A DNA stretch of 64,000 nucleotides from Thermosynechococcus sp. M98_K2018_005 (GTDB lineage: Bacteria; Cyanobacteriota; Cyanobacteriia; Thermosynechococcales; Thermosynechococcaceae): assembly GCF_015295825.1 (NCBI RefSeq), contig NZ_DVEH01000027.1:1382-65381 (forward strand), read 5' to 3'. Under the pieces are notes generated by a model. That model saw only the letters and a program-made list of their open reading frames with translations. It did no database searches and was not told the DNA's origin. Positions 38,694-47,781 of the stretch are shown piece after piece. Within the stretch, counting starts at the first letter, position 1. Each line of letters opens with the position of its first letter. Position numbers and translations under genes: made by a program.

Positions 38694-39476
38694 ATGCCAC
38701 AAATATTACCCTCATTACTGGCCTTAGACTTTGATGGCGTCCTCTGCAATGGCCTACGGGAATATTTTCGAACCAGTTGGCGGGTATATCAGCAAGTGTG
38801 GCCTGATCAGCCCCTTGTGCTTTCCCTAGAGGAACTAGAAAGGCAATTTGGTCAATTGCGCCCTGTGATTACGGTGGGTTGGGAGATGCCACTCCTATTG
38901 CGGGCAATCCTTGAAGGCACCCCTACTCAAGAGATTCTCCAAAACTGGCCAAAGGTGCGTGATTGCCTACTTGCTACCTACCATCTCACTGCCACCGATT
39001 TGGGAGAACGAGTGGACGGCCTGCGCGATCGCTGGATTGCAACGGACTGGCAAAGCTGGCTGGCGCTCCATGACTTTTATGAGGGTGTTGTGGCGGCTCT
39101 GCAACGCTGGCAAGCCCAAGGACAACCCCTCGCCATTGTCACCACCAAGGAGCAGCGCTTTGTTACCTATTTGCTGAAGCAAGCGGGCATCGCCTTTCCC
39201 CCAGAGGCCATCTATGGTAAAGAGCAACAGCAGTCCAAGTCTGTGATTCTTGAAGCGCTTCAGTCAACCTATGGTGCTCCCCTGTGGTTCGTTGAGGATC
39301 GCCTTGGGGCACTGCTACAGGTTGCGGCTACACCGGAACTAGAGGAAACAGAACTCTTCTTGGCCACATGGGGCTACACCACCGCTGGCGATCGCGCCCA
39401 GGCCGAGGCACATCCGCGTATTCATCTCCTCAGCCGAGAACAATTTTGTGAATTTCCCCGCTGGCTTTCCCCCTAA
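38694..39476 (+). CDS. HAD superfamily hydrolase
   Basis: Motif I LALDFDGVLC, motif II-like IVTTK, and a C-terminal acidic motif (FVEDR). Confidence 0.8.
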   Translation: MPQILPSLLALDFDGVLCNGLREYFRTSWRVYQQVWPDQPLVLSLEELERQFGQLRPVITVGWEMPLLLRAILEGTPTQEILQNWPKVRDCLLATYHLTATDLGERVDGLRDRWIATDWQSWLALHDFYEGVVAALQRWQAQGQPLAIVTTKEQRFVTYLLKQAGIAFPPEAIYGKEQQQSKSVILEALQSTYGAPLWFVEDRLGALLQVAATPELEETELFLATWGYTTAGDRAQAEAHPRIHLLSREQFCEFPRWLSP

Positions 39477-39500
39477 CCCCTTGTCTTTCAAGGGGGTTTT
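39477..39500 (+). terminator. Rho-independent terminator after the HAD gene
   Basis: 7-bp stem ccccttg/caagggg with loop tcttt, then gTTTTcc, starting directly after the TAA stop. Confidence 0.5.
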
Positions 39501-39509
39501 CCCTATACT
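39481..39509 (+). promoter_or_regulatory. Candidate promoter for tRNA-Lys (TTGTCT-N17-TATACT)
   Basis: The -35 hexamer lies inside the terminator hairpin. The -10 TATACT is at 39504-39509, 21 nt upstream of the tRNA 5' end. Confidence 0.35.
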
Positions 39510-39530
39510 AAAAAAGCTGTGAAACAGCGC

Positions 39531-39602
39531 GGGTCGCTAGCTCAGCGGTAGAGCACTCGGCTTTTAACCGATTGGTCTTGGGTTCGAATCCCAGGCGACC
39601 CA
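39531..39602 (+). tRNA. tRNA-Lys (anticodon UUU)
   Basis: Acceptor stem gggtcgc/gcgaccc, D-arm gctcagcggtagagc, anticodon loop cTTTTaa, and T-arm ttgggTTCGAATcccag. There is one C-U mismatch at the top of the anticodon stem. Confidence 0.85.
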
Positions 39603-39608
39603 TTTAAG

Positions 39609-40454
39609 TTAACTCTCCAGTAGGCGGCGGAGTTCTGCCATATCGTCATCAATAGATTTACTCTGAGACGATGCACTGGTGCGTGGCGCGTCCTGCACTT
39701 CAGGAGTAGAGACGTTGATATTAATATTTAACTGACTGCTGCCACTGGAGGTCTGGGGAAGTGTCCCCGCAGAGGGAGCATCGGGCAACAAGCCCATCTG
39801 CCGCTTCATTTCTAGCAGTTCAAATTCCACATCTTGTTTGTTGGCGCCGCTTTGGAGCGCTTGGAATTTACTTTCGAGAGTATCGCCACTCAGTTCAGCG
39901 ATCGCTTGAGAGCGGGCTTCCATTTGTAGGACTTTATCTTCCATGCGTTCAAATGCCGCCATCGCATTGGAGGTACCCACCTTGCTGACCGCTTGATGAA
40001 TCTGCTCTGAGGCCTTGGCTGCACGGGCACGCGCTTTGAGCATTTCCTTCTTCGTTTTGGCCTCAGAAATTTTGCTTTCAAGAGCGGTCAAGTTGTCCTT
40101 GAGGGTTTTCACCTGCACCGCCATTTGATCCACTTGGGCTTTAAGGGCGACAGCAGTATCTGCGGCAGTTTTCTTGCGATTCAAGGCTTCGAGAGCCAGT
40201 GCTTCATCTCCTCTACTGAGGGCAAGGCGTGCCCGCTCTTCCCACTGCTGGGCATCCTTAAGATTTTGGGTGTACTGTTGTTCGAGTCGTTTTTGGGCGG
40301 CAATGGCCTGAGCAACCGCTTGGCGTAACTTTACCAAGTCGGCATTCATATCAATAATCGTTTGCTCAAGAATTTTTTCTGGATCTTCGGCAGCACTGAC
40401 TAGGGCATTGAGGTTAGAGCGAATCACCATGCCCACACGATCAAGTAAACCCAT
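39609..40454 (-). CDS. vipp1: Vesicle-inducing protein in plastids 1 (IM30, PspA family)
   Basis: PspA/IM30 N-terminus MGLLDRVGMVIRSNLNALVSAAEDPEKILEQ. It has a long coiled coil and a C-terminal extension typical of Vipp1. ATG 40454 is preferred over the track start at 40469. Confidence 0.9.
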   Translation of the reverse strand: MGLLDRVGMVIRSNLNALVSAAEDPEKILEQTIIDMNADLVKLRQAVAQAIAAQKRLEQQYTQNLKDAQQWEERARLALSRGDEALALEALNRKKTAADTAVALKAQVDQMAVQVKTLKDNLTALESKISEAKTKKEMLKARARAAKASEQIHQAVSKVGTSNAMAAFERMEDKVLQMEARSQAIAELSGDTLESKFQALQSGANKQDVEFELLEMKRQMGLLPDAPSAGTLPQTSSGSSQLNININVSTPEVQDAPRTSASSQSKSIDDDMAELRRLLES

Positions 40455-40501
40455 GCTTTGCCTCGTCAATAACTCGTTGACTCTACTCTAGCGCATGGCC
40501 T

Positions 40502-41281
40502 TCACATTCCCATGATGCAGTAACCCGAATCCACATAGAGAATTTGACCAGTGATGCCACTGGCTAGATCACTGGCAAGAAAAGCTGCTGTGTTGCCCAC
40601 TTCTGTTTGGGTCACCGTGCGCCGCAGCGGCGCCGTGGCTTCCACATGGTGAATCATGTCGAGAATGCCCCCCACTGCTGAGGAAGCTAAGGTGCGAATC
40701 GGACCAGCGGAAATACCATTGACACGGATATTCCGAGGCCCCAGTTCTGCCGCAAGGTAGCGCACATTCATTTCTAGGGCGGCCTTGGCAATCCCCATGA
40801 CATTGTAGTTCGGCACCACCCGCACACCCCCCAAATAGGTCAGGGTAATGATTGACCCGCCGTTGGTCATCAATGGTTTAGCGGCACGGCTGAGAGAGAT
40901 GAGGGAGTAGGCACTGATGTCGAGAGCGAGATTAAAGCCTTCAAGGGAGATGGCGGAAAAGTCACCACTGAGATCTTCTTTTTGGGCAAAGGCCAAACAG
41001 TGAATCAAAATCTCTAAGCCACCCCAAGTGGATTGAATCGCCGCAAAGGCCTCGTCAATTTGTTGAGGTTGCTGCACATCCAGCGGCAGGAGCAACTTGG
41101 GAGCAAGGGGGGCTGTGAGTTCCTCAACCTTTTGCTTCAGCTTTCCCCGCTCGTCGGGAAGATATGTCACTGCCAGTTCGGCACCCGCTGCATGGAGCTG
41201 TTGAGCAATCCCCCAAGCAATGGAGCGGTTATTGGCAATGCCTGTCACAAGGGCGCGTTTTCCCGATAGGTCTAGGAGCAT
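40502..41281 (-). CDS. fabI: Enoyl-[acyl-carrier-protein] reductase (NADH)
   Basis: GIANNRSIAWGIA N-terminus, the catalytic Y-x6-K context (YNVMGIAKAALE), and ISAGPIRT. Confidence 0.95.
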   Translation of the reverse strand: MLLDLSGKRALVTGIANNRSIAWGIAQQLHAAGAELAVTYLPDERGKLKQKVEELTAPLAPKLLLPLDVQQPQQIDEAFAAIQSTWGGLEILIHCLAFAQKEDLSGDFSAISLEGFNLALDISAYSLISLSRAAKPLMTNGGSIITLTYLGGVRVVPNYNVMGIAKAALEMNVRYLAAELGPRNIRVNGISAGPIRTLASSAVGGILDMIHHVEATAPLRRTVTQTEVGNTAAFLASDLASGITGQILYVDSGYCIMGM

Positions 41282-41338
41282 AGGTACAGCCGGTGTGAAT
41301 GATCTAACCCTCTGATCCTACCAGAGGGGCTGCTGCCT

Positions 41339-42412
41339 TTAGCGCCAGCGCAGAACTTGGGTTTTCAGGGGGTTGACAAATTCCCGTCCCTCTTGGGTGG
41401 CTTTTTCGTACTCGCGTTTAACCTGGTAGTACCACTTGGCTTGGTAATCTGCTTCCTTAATAAGGGTCAACGGTGGATTGTACTTCAGGCCTTCGCTCTG
41501 CTTGGCCACAATGCGCAAATCTTGGTTCAGAAATTCCCGCGCTAAGGGAGCTAGTAGGAGTTTCAGGGGGGCGAGCCACGGAAAGGTCCAGTAGTAGGTG
41601 GCAGTCAGTTCAGTTTCCTGATCGTTGATGGGGGTGAGGGTAATCAGCACACAAAACTTGTGGCGATCGCTATAATTCGTTTCGATGCGAATCCCCGGCA
41701 GCCGATAGATAATTTCCACCTCAGGGTGACCGCCTAAAATACGGTGCGCCCAAGATTTGCGCAGCAGGGGATGGCGGCGCATTGTAAAGCCATAGGGCGA
41801 CGGATCAAAGGTTTTTGCCTTCTCAAAGAGTTTGCCCCGCGTGCGCCACCACCACGCCCTATGGATAAAGGGCGCATGGGAGGGATCCATAAGGTTGATA
41901 AACACCTGGTCAAGATGTCCCCGACAGATGAATTTCTGCACGAATTGGGGTTGGGTCTCGGCACTAAATCCGGGAACTAAGGGTACTTCTAAAGCGGGGT
42001 CGCTGACATTGCGCTCATTAGCCGGAAAAAAAATCCAGAGATTACCCTGCACCTCCCGCACCGGATAGCTCAAGACACCAAAATGCTTGAGCTCGACATC
42101 ACTATCACTGGTGAGGGAGGGAATCAGCGTACAGTGGCCGTGGGCATTAAAGCGCCAACCATGGTAGGGGCACTCCACCTCTTCCCCATCAAAGCGACCA
42201 TAGTGCAGGGGAACACCACGGTGGGGGCAAAGATTGCGCAGGGCAAAGGGTTTACCCGAGGTGGTACGACAAAATAGGATGGGTTCCCCCAGGAGTACTT
42301 TGGCTTGAGACTGACGCGGCTTGAGGTCAGTAGCTGGCAGACCATAGTACCAGATATTGCGCAAGAAACCCCTACCCTCATGGAGGGAGAATGAAGTGCT
42401 GCTGGAGTTCAT
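41339..42412 (-). CDS. Rieske [2Fe-2S] non-heme iron oxygenase (PaO/Tic55-like family)
   Basis: Rieske motif CPHRG...CPYHGW and mononuclear-iron motif NLMDPSHAPFIH (D-x2-H-x4-H). Confidence 0.85.
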   Translation of the reverse strand: MNSSSTSFSLHEGRGFLRNIWYYGLPATDLKPRQSQAKVLLGEPILFCRTTSGKPFALRNLCPHRGVPLHYGRFDGEEVECPYHGWRFNAHGHCTLIPSLTSDSDVELKHFGVLSYPVREVQGNLWIFFPANERNVSDPALEVPLVPGFSAETQPQFVQKFICRGHLDQVFINLMDPSHAPFIHRAWWWRTRGKLFEKAKTFDPSPYGFTMRRHPLLRKSWAHRILGGHPEVEIIYRLPGIRIETNYSDRHKFCVLITLTPINDQETELTATYYWTFPWLAPLKLLLAPLAREFLNQDLRIVAKQSEGLKYNPPLTLIKEADYQAKWYYQVKREYEKATQEGREFVNPLKTQVLRWR

Positions 42413-42451
42413 AACGAGACTCTACCAGATGCTCCACAGTTATTTTCTAAG

Positions 42452-43495
42452 TTACGCCGAAGCAGCCGTCAAGTCAGTTACATACCGCAGCAAGATTCCC
42501 TTCTGGCCAATAATGAACCCTTGATCGGGACTAAAGAAAAGAATTTTATAAAAGTTGGAGGGGACTTTTTTTACATCCACATCCTGCTGCCACGTTTGGC
42601 CGCCATCTTGGCTACAGAGCAGTACGCCAGCACCCCCTGCCAGCCATACTTCATTGGGTGTGCGGTAGGCCAGATCGAGGAAGCCAACGCTATTGCGACG
42701 CAGGGGACTCAGGAGTTCTCCCCAATTTTCGGAATTGTCTGGATCAGAGAAGGCAATTTTACCGCCATTGACAATCATCCAGAGCCGACCATCGGGGGTA
42801 AAGCCCATATTGTGGACACGGCGCGAGGTGGTACGATTGTGGGGTTCCCAAGCGATTTGTCCCGGTTCCCATGTGGAATAAAAGCTCCCCCGCGAGGAGA
42901 CAGCCACATACTTACCAGAGGGCGAACGATTGAGGTTGCGCATGACCCCAATAGCTTCTTGGACTAATGCTTGCCAGTTTTTGCCACTATCTTTGGTACG
43001 GTAAATGGCGCCTACATCGGTCATCATTTCCGCAGCGCCATTGCCGAGGGCTTTGATCAGGCGGGGTGAGCCGGGAAGTTTGGGATTGAGGGGAATTTGA
43101 CTCCAAGATTGGCCACCATCGGTCGTGTGCAGCAGAATGGGTGGCTCACCGACAATCCAGCCCTCGTTCCCCTGGAAGCTAACGCTGTTGAAGCGATAGT
43201 CGGGATTATCTAAAACCAGCGTGCGGGGTTCCCAAGTTTGACCACCGTCGCGAGTTTCCATCAGTGTGGCATTGGCACCCACCAACCAACCGTGATTCCG
43301 GTCAATAAAGCTCATATCGAGAATGGTTGAGGTTGTTGGTAGTTGGATGGCTTCCCAAGGGTTGTAGTCTAAGGCGGGGATGGCAAGGGCAGGGGTACTC
43401 AGGCTCACCCAGAGGACAACGGTCACTAGTAGCCAATGCAGGAACTGGATGCCTTTCATTTTTTGCCAATAAGTGTCAATTTGTTTAGCGAACAT
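42452..43495 (-). CDS. ycf48: Photosystem II assembly/stability factor Ycf48 (HCF136)
   Basis: Signal peptide plus a 7-bladed propeller with repeated DGG-x-W motifs (TRDGGQTWE, TTDGGQSWS, SQDGGQTWQ). It closely resembles the Thermosynechococcus Ycf48 sequence as I recall it. Confidence 0.95.
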   Translation of the reverse strand: MFAKQIDTYWQKMKGIQFLHWLLVTVVLWVSLSTPALAIPALDYNPWEAIQLPTTSTILDMSFIDRNHGWLVGANATLMETRDGGQTWEPRTLVLDNPDYRFNSVSFQGNEGWIVGEPPILLHTTDGGQSWSQIPLNPKLPGSPRLIKALGNGAAEMMTDVGAIYRTKDSGKNWQALVQEAIGVMRNLNRSPSGKYVAVSSRGSFYSTWEPGQIAWEPHNRTTSRRVHNMGFTPDGRLWMIVNGGKIAFSDPDNSENWGELLSPLRRNSVGFLDLAYRTPNEVWLAGGAGVLLCSQDGGQTWQQDVDVKKVPSNFYKILFFSPDQGFIIGQKGILLRYVTDLTAASA

Positions 43496-43820
43496 TATAG
43501 AAACTCAGTAGAAAAAGAACGGCAAGGGCAAGACCACCAAAAATGAGGATATTTTTTTGGCCGGGGGTGAGGCGATTCACACCCAAGCCGTAGTTCAGAT
43601 TTTCCTTGAAGCCTGAGGGAGATCCCACAGGTCCAATGTTGCTAAATTGCTTTTTCGGAGCACTGCACACTGGACACCGCCAGTTCACGGGGAGATCAGC
43701 AAAGGCTGTCCCTGGCGGAATCGAGCGATTCTCGTCTCCCTTCGAGGGTTCATAGATGTAGCCGCAGGCACGGCACTCAAACCGATCTAAGGGTGCAACA
43801 TCAGGGGTTTCGGCGGTCAT
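43485..43820 (-). CDS. rubA: Membrane-anchored rubredoxin
   Basis: CRACGYIYEP...WRCPVCSAPK rubredoxin motifs plus a C-terminal TM helix. The 3' end overlaps the ycf48 start, which is the conserved rubA-ycf48 pairing. Confidence 0.9.
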   Translation of the reverse strand: MTAETPDVAPLDRFECRACGYIYEPSKGDENRSIPPGTAFADLPVNWRCPVCSAPKKQFSNIGPVGSPSGFKENLNYGLGVNRLTPGQKNILIFGGLALAVLFLLSFYNVR

Positions 43821-44080
43821 ACCTCAGAAATTTTTAAGATTTGCGACATACATCTTAATACTACGGGATTTAGGGGCGTTTCTTGTGATGAAGACAGGGG
43901 GGTTTTCAAGACAATACTGCGAAACCCTAAGACATGTAACGAAAGATCAGACCTTTGCAACATAAATATAAAGAAAAGATTAGGAAAGCTGCCTCTGCCA
44001 AGAAGTGATGCCATGATAAGGGTATTCAATTGAGGTCAGCCTATATAGACCTTAACCTTAAATCTCCTTTAATATTCCGT

Positions 44081-44121
44081 AAAATGCTGGCTTCCATATC
44101 ACCGAGGGAGGCTGGCATTTT
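44081..44121 (+). other. Plus-strand-specific 15-bp RNA hairpin followed by a U-rich tract
   Basis: aaaatgctggcttcc (44081-44095) pairs with ggaggctggcatttt (44107-44121). There are three G-U pairs, which would be A-C mismatches on the other strand. The loop is 11 nt and is followed by acTTTTagg. Confidence 0.45.
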
Positions 44122-44166
44122 ACTTTTAGGGGTAGAATAGAGACTTGCGCTTTCTACGGGTCGCCT

Positions 44167-44892
44167 GTGACTCCCACGTTGTGTTGGCACTATCCACCGC
44201 TCCAAGCAGGAATTCTCTGTCGGCGCTATCAGCGATTTTTTGCTGAGATTGAGTTGACCTCTGGCGATCGCATCACAGCCCACTGCCCGAATACAGGGCC
44301 CATGACAGGAATTTGCCAAGTGGGTGCCCCTGTCCAGGTCTCCTACCATGCGGATCCCAAGCGCAAGCTGGCCTATACCTGGGAAATGATTTTTGTTGAT
44401 GGCACATGGGTAGGGGTAAATACGAGTCTCCCGAACCGGGTGATTGCTGCGGCATTGGCGGCAGGCATCCTACCGGAACTGGCTGGGTACGGCACTCAGC
44501 AACGAGAGGTGGCCTATGGTCAAGAGCGTAGCCGCATTGACTTTTACTTGACGGATCATCCCCAACAGCCCCCTGCCTATGTTGAAGTGAAAAATACCAC
44601 TTGGGCGCAAGGGAGCTTAGCCCTGTTTCCTGATACAGTGACCACCCGAGGCCAAAAGCATCTGCGGGAACTGCAATGGCTACGGCAAACTCAGCCAGAC
44701 ACTCGTGTGTGTATACTCTACTTCATCAATCGCGGTGATTGCGATCGCTTTGCACCGGGGGACAGTGCCGATCCCACCTATGGACAACTCTTACGCGCCG
44801 CCTACAACCAAGGGGTAGAAATTCTGCCCTATCGTTTTACCATTGAGCCAAGGGGCATTCAGTTCTTGGGAACGGCCAAATTGGTCCTCTAG
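44167..44892 (+). CDS. sfsA: Sugar fermentation stimulation protein A homolog (SfsA nuclease-fold protein)
   Basis: RYQRFFAEIEL, HCPNTGPM and YVEVKNTT motifs. GTG start. Confidence 0.85.
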   Translation: MTPTLCWHYPPLQAGILCRRYQRFFAEIELTSGDRITAHCPNTGPMTGICQVGAPVQVSYHADPKRKLAYTWEMIFVDGTWVGVNTSLPNRVIAAALAAGILPELAGYGTQQREVAYGQERSRIDFYLTDHPQQPPAYVEVKNTTWAQGSLALFPDTVTTRGQKHLRELQWLRQTQPDTRVCILYFINRGDCDRFAPGDSADPTYGQLLRAAYNQGVEILPYRFTIEPRGIQFLGTAKLVL

Positions 44893-45242
44893 GACACTTG
44901 AGTGAGTTCAATCAGATTGCCATCGGGATCCGCGACAAAGATTGCGGCTCGTCCTGAGGCACTGCGCTGCAACGGAATTTGGGCTGTGGCTAGGCGTTGT
45001 TCGAGACTGGCTAAATCAGTTACGCCAAGGGCAAAGTGGGGGTTACGTCCCCACCGCTCATCTTGACAGGGATCGACCACCTTCTCCGCTGGGATGAGAT
45101 GAATTTGCACCGTACCGATTTGATACCAACGGCCGGGAAATTTCAGGGGGCGATCAACGGGGCTAAGACCCAGCAACCCTTCATAGAAGGCAGCAGCTCG
45201 CTCCAAATCCGTGACGTTAATGGCAACGTGGAGAAAGACCAT
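44889..45242 (-). CDS. VOC (glyoxalase/bleomycin resistance/dioxygenase) family protein
   Basis: It contains HVAINVTDLERAAAFYEGLLGL. Length is 117 aa. Confidence 0.8.
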   Translation of the reverse strand: MVFLHVAINVTDLERAAAFYEGLLGLSPVDRPLKFPGRWYQIGTVQIHLIPAEKVVDPCQDERWGRNPHFALGVTDLASLEQRLATAQIPLQRSASGRAAIFVADPDGNLIELTQVS

Positions 45243-45778
45243 CAGGAATTGGCGGGTTGCGTCACTCCTAAGCGAATTTCTGAGCAGAAGGAGGCCATAC
45301 TAAAGCCACCAAAGCGCTTGAGAATACTGGTGCGCAGGCGTAGATTGGGGCTGGCAAACCAAAGGCGCTCTTCGGAATACATCGTTTCATATTCGGTAAT
45401 TAATGTCAGGGCACCATCACTGCCCATACTGAAACGACCGGCAACCGGTGCTTTTTCGGCATAGCCCATTTCCCGCAGGAGCTTGCCTTCCATCCGCGAC
45501 CCCTGATCCATGATCGGCACCAGTACCGTTGAACCTTCATGCTTCTCGCTGTCCCATTCCATCGTGCCGTCCCAACTGACCCGTGCACCGCACACTGCCC
45601 AAGCGGGATCCATCTCATATTGCTGACACAGGGCAATGACCGCAGGATCATCCACAGACAGTAATTCAATGGTTAACTGAGACTTGCCTGACTCGGTTTG
45701 CTTAAAGGCCAAGTGATGACTGGTACGTTGGGAAAACCAGCGGCCAGCACTTTGGGCAAAAAAGTCGCGGATGTCCAT
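45242..45778 (-). CDS. cpcS: Phycobiliprotein (phycocyanobilin) lyase, CpcS/CpeS family
   Basis: [23 protein letters not shown] is the N-terminus typical of CpcS lipocalin-fold lyases. The track start at 45790 adds MCIG. Confidence 0.85.
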   Translation of the reverse strand: MDIRDFFAQSAGRWFSQRTSHHLAFKQTESGKSQLTIELLSVDDPAVIALCQQYEMDPAWAVCGARVSWDGTMEWDSEKHEGSTVLVPIMDQGSRMEGKLLREMGYAEKAPVAGRFSMGSDGALTLITEYETMYSEERLWFASPNLRLRTSILKRFGGFSMASFCSEIRLGVTQPANS

Positions 45779-45962
45779 ACCTATGCACACTGTGTAATGG
45801 GGACAAGGTTGGTATTTTTGAGTCTTTTTTTAGGGTACACCGTCTCTTCGATTCCTTCCAAACGATCGCGCTGAGGAAAGATGCAGTCAAAGATTAACAG
45901 TGTAACAATATGTAAACGAGTTTAAGATTTAAGATAGAAGTAGGTCGCCCTCATCAATCCCT

Positions 45963-46286
45963 ATGCTGCACTCAAATTTACCTGAACCTCAACTACTTAA
46001 GGTCTTGCTGGAGCCGCTACTTGAAGATTTTCAGTACTGGTTCACGCGATCGCGATCGCTGTTGCAGACAGAAGTGATTCCCTTCTTGACCGTGGCGGAA
46101 CAGCAGACACTCCTTGAACGGGTGGAGACCGCTCTCAACGATGTGATTGCTACCCAAAGCCTCTTTCGGGCAACGGACGGCCAAGTGGGGGTTGATACAC
46201 AGGTACTCATGCAGTGGCATACGCTCTTGATGGAGTGCTGGCAGGTTGCCCACCACTATCGCTTATCCAAATCTTGTGACGCTTAA
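45963..46286 (+). CDS. Conserved hypothetical protein
   Basis: 107-aa ORF. It appears to be first in a same-strand trio with the next two genes. The family (possibly DUF2605) is not verified. Confidence 0.55.
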   Translation: MLHSNLPEPQLLKVLLEPLLEDFQYWFTRSRSLLQTEVIPFLTVAEQQTLLERVETALNDVIATQSLFRATDGQVGVDTQVLMQWHTLLMECWQVAHHYRLSKSCDA

Positions 46287-46322
46287 ACCATTCTCAGCGC
46301 TTGGCTCGGAGGTGCTTTCTTC

Positions 46323-46604
46323 ATGTTGCAGTTGATTTATATTGTTGCCTTTACGGTCTTGGCACTACTGGCGATGGCTAATCTGATTCGTAGTTTGTTG
46401 ACCCTCGGCATTGAATCACAACGGCAACTTTCACCGCCACGGGTGACCCATCCCGAACTCTTGGATAGCGATGGCCACGTGATTGATGAACCCCTGTTGG
46501 TGATGCGCTCTCTCAGTGTGGAGGATGCCCGTGCTCAACTGGATGCGATCTACCGCGAATCCCCCAGCTACGGTGACGACGCCTGTGGAGAAACCCAAGC
46601 CTAA
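46323..46604 (+). CDS. Small membrane protein (DUF2973-like)
   Basis: N-terminal TM helix MLQLIYIVAFTVLALLAMANLIRSLL. The domain name is from memory only. Confidence 0.55.
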   Translation: MLQLIYIVAFTVLALLAMANLIRSLLTLGIESQRQLSPPRVTHPELLDSDGHVIDEPLLVMRSLSVEDARAQLDAIYRESPSYGDDACGETQA

Positions 46605-47781
46605 ATTCTTAGGCTCCTATGGGCAGTTCCTGAGCCGCTGGTTTCAGGTGGATGCAACGGCGCTGGCGGAGGTCTTGGCTAGGGCACGGCAGGAGTTACC
46701 GGCAACGGAAGTCTTGCTGATTGGCAAACCCCAATCGGGGAAAAGTTCGATTGTGCGGGCAATGACGGGTGCCGATGCCAGTATTGTCGGGGCGGGGTTT
46801 CGTCCCCATACTCGGCAAACACAGCGCTATGACTATCCCACGGCTGAACTGCCACTGCTCACCTTCACGGATACGGTGGGCTTGGGGGAAACGCCAGAGC
46901 AAACGGCTGAGGTAGTGGCGGAATTGGATCACCTGTTGCAGCAAAGTCAACGGGCGCGGGTAATTATTTTGACGGTCAAGGTAACGGATTTTGCGGGCGA
47001 TCGCCTGCACCAAGTGGCAAAGGCGCTTAAGAAAGCCCATCCAGAGATTCCCTTTATTTTGGCCATTACCTGTCTCCACGAGTTATATCCCCCGCATCAA
47101 GAAAATCATCCCCCCTACCCCCCAGAGGTTCCCGAGGTTAACTTGGCGATCGCCGGCCTGAAGGAACGCTTTGCCGACATTAGCGATCGCGTCATTCCCC
47201 TTGACTTTACGTTGGAGGAAGACGGCTACACCCCTGTTTTTTATGGCTTTGAGGCCCTTGCTGCAACCCTAGAGGCGGTGCTGCCCAAAGCAGAAGCCCA
47301 ATTGCTTCACCAGTTAGTCGCCCAATCCCATCTCAGTGATCAATTGGCTCCCCTCTATCGTCAAGTGGGGCGGCGTTACATTGCCCCCTTTGCAGTGATG
47401 GCGGGAACCTTGGCGGCAGTGCCTTTGCCCTTTGCCACGATGCCACTCCTTGTGGGGGTGCAGGTGGTGATGGTGGTGCTGTTGGGGCAGTTGTACGGTC
47501 AGACCCTTTCACCTTCCCAAGCCGGGGGCATCTTGACCACAATTGGTGGCGGATTTGTGGCGCGGTTGGTGGGGCAACAGTTGATTAAATTTATTCCGGG
47601 TTGGGGAGCGGTGCTCTCTGCCTCTTGGGCGGCGGCCTATACTTGGGCCTTGGGGGAAGCCGCCTGTGTCTATTTTGGCGACCTGATGGGGGGCAAAACC
47701 CCCGATTCGCAGCGCATTCAGCAGGTACTCCAAGAAACATTGGCAACCGCACATTTACGCTTGCGACAAAGTGAGAGCTAA
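46585..47781 (+). CDS. P-loop GTPase-like protein with C-terminal DUF697 membrane domain
   Basis: Walker A GKPQSGKSS, a DTVGLGE G3-like motif, and a C-terminal glycine-rich membrane region. The start is uncertain: in-frame GTG at 46585, or the track start GTG at 46516. Confidence 0.7.
   Translation: MEKPKPKFLGSYGQFLSRWFQVDATALAEVLARARQELPATEVLLIGKPQSGKSSIVRAMTGADASIVGAGFRPHTRQTQRYDYPTAELPLLTFTDTVGLGETPEQTAEVVAELDHLLQQSQRARVIILTVKVTDFAGDRLHQVAKALKKAHPEIPFILAITCLHELYPPHQENHPPYPPEVPEVNLAIAGLKERFADISDRVIPLDFTLEEDGYTPVFYGFEALAATLEAVLPKAEAQLLHQLVAQSHLSDQLAPLYRQVGRRYIAPFAVMAGTLAAVPLPFATMPLLVGVQVVMVVLLGQLYGQTLSPSQAGGILTTIGGGFVARLVGQQLIKFIPGWGAVLSASWAAAYTWALGEAACVYFGDLMGGKTPDSQRIQQVLQETLATAHLRLRQSES

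Noticed and set aside
43817-44349. Minus-strand ORFs of 70 aa (43817-44029) and 102 aa (44041-44349) in and around the rubA/sfsA spacer.
   Set aside because: The first lies in AT-rich non-coding-looking sequence with no SD or motif. The second is antisense to the sfsA 5' end. Neither shows features of real genes.
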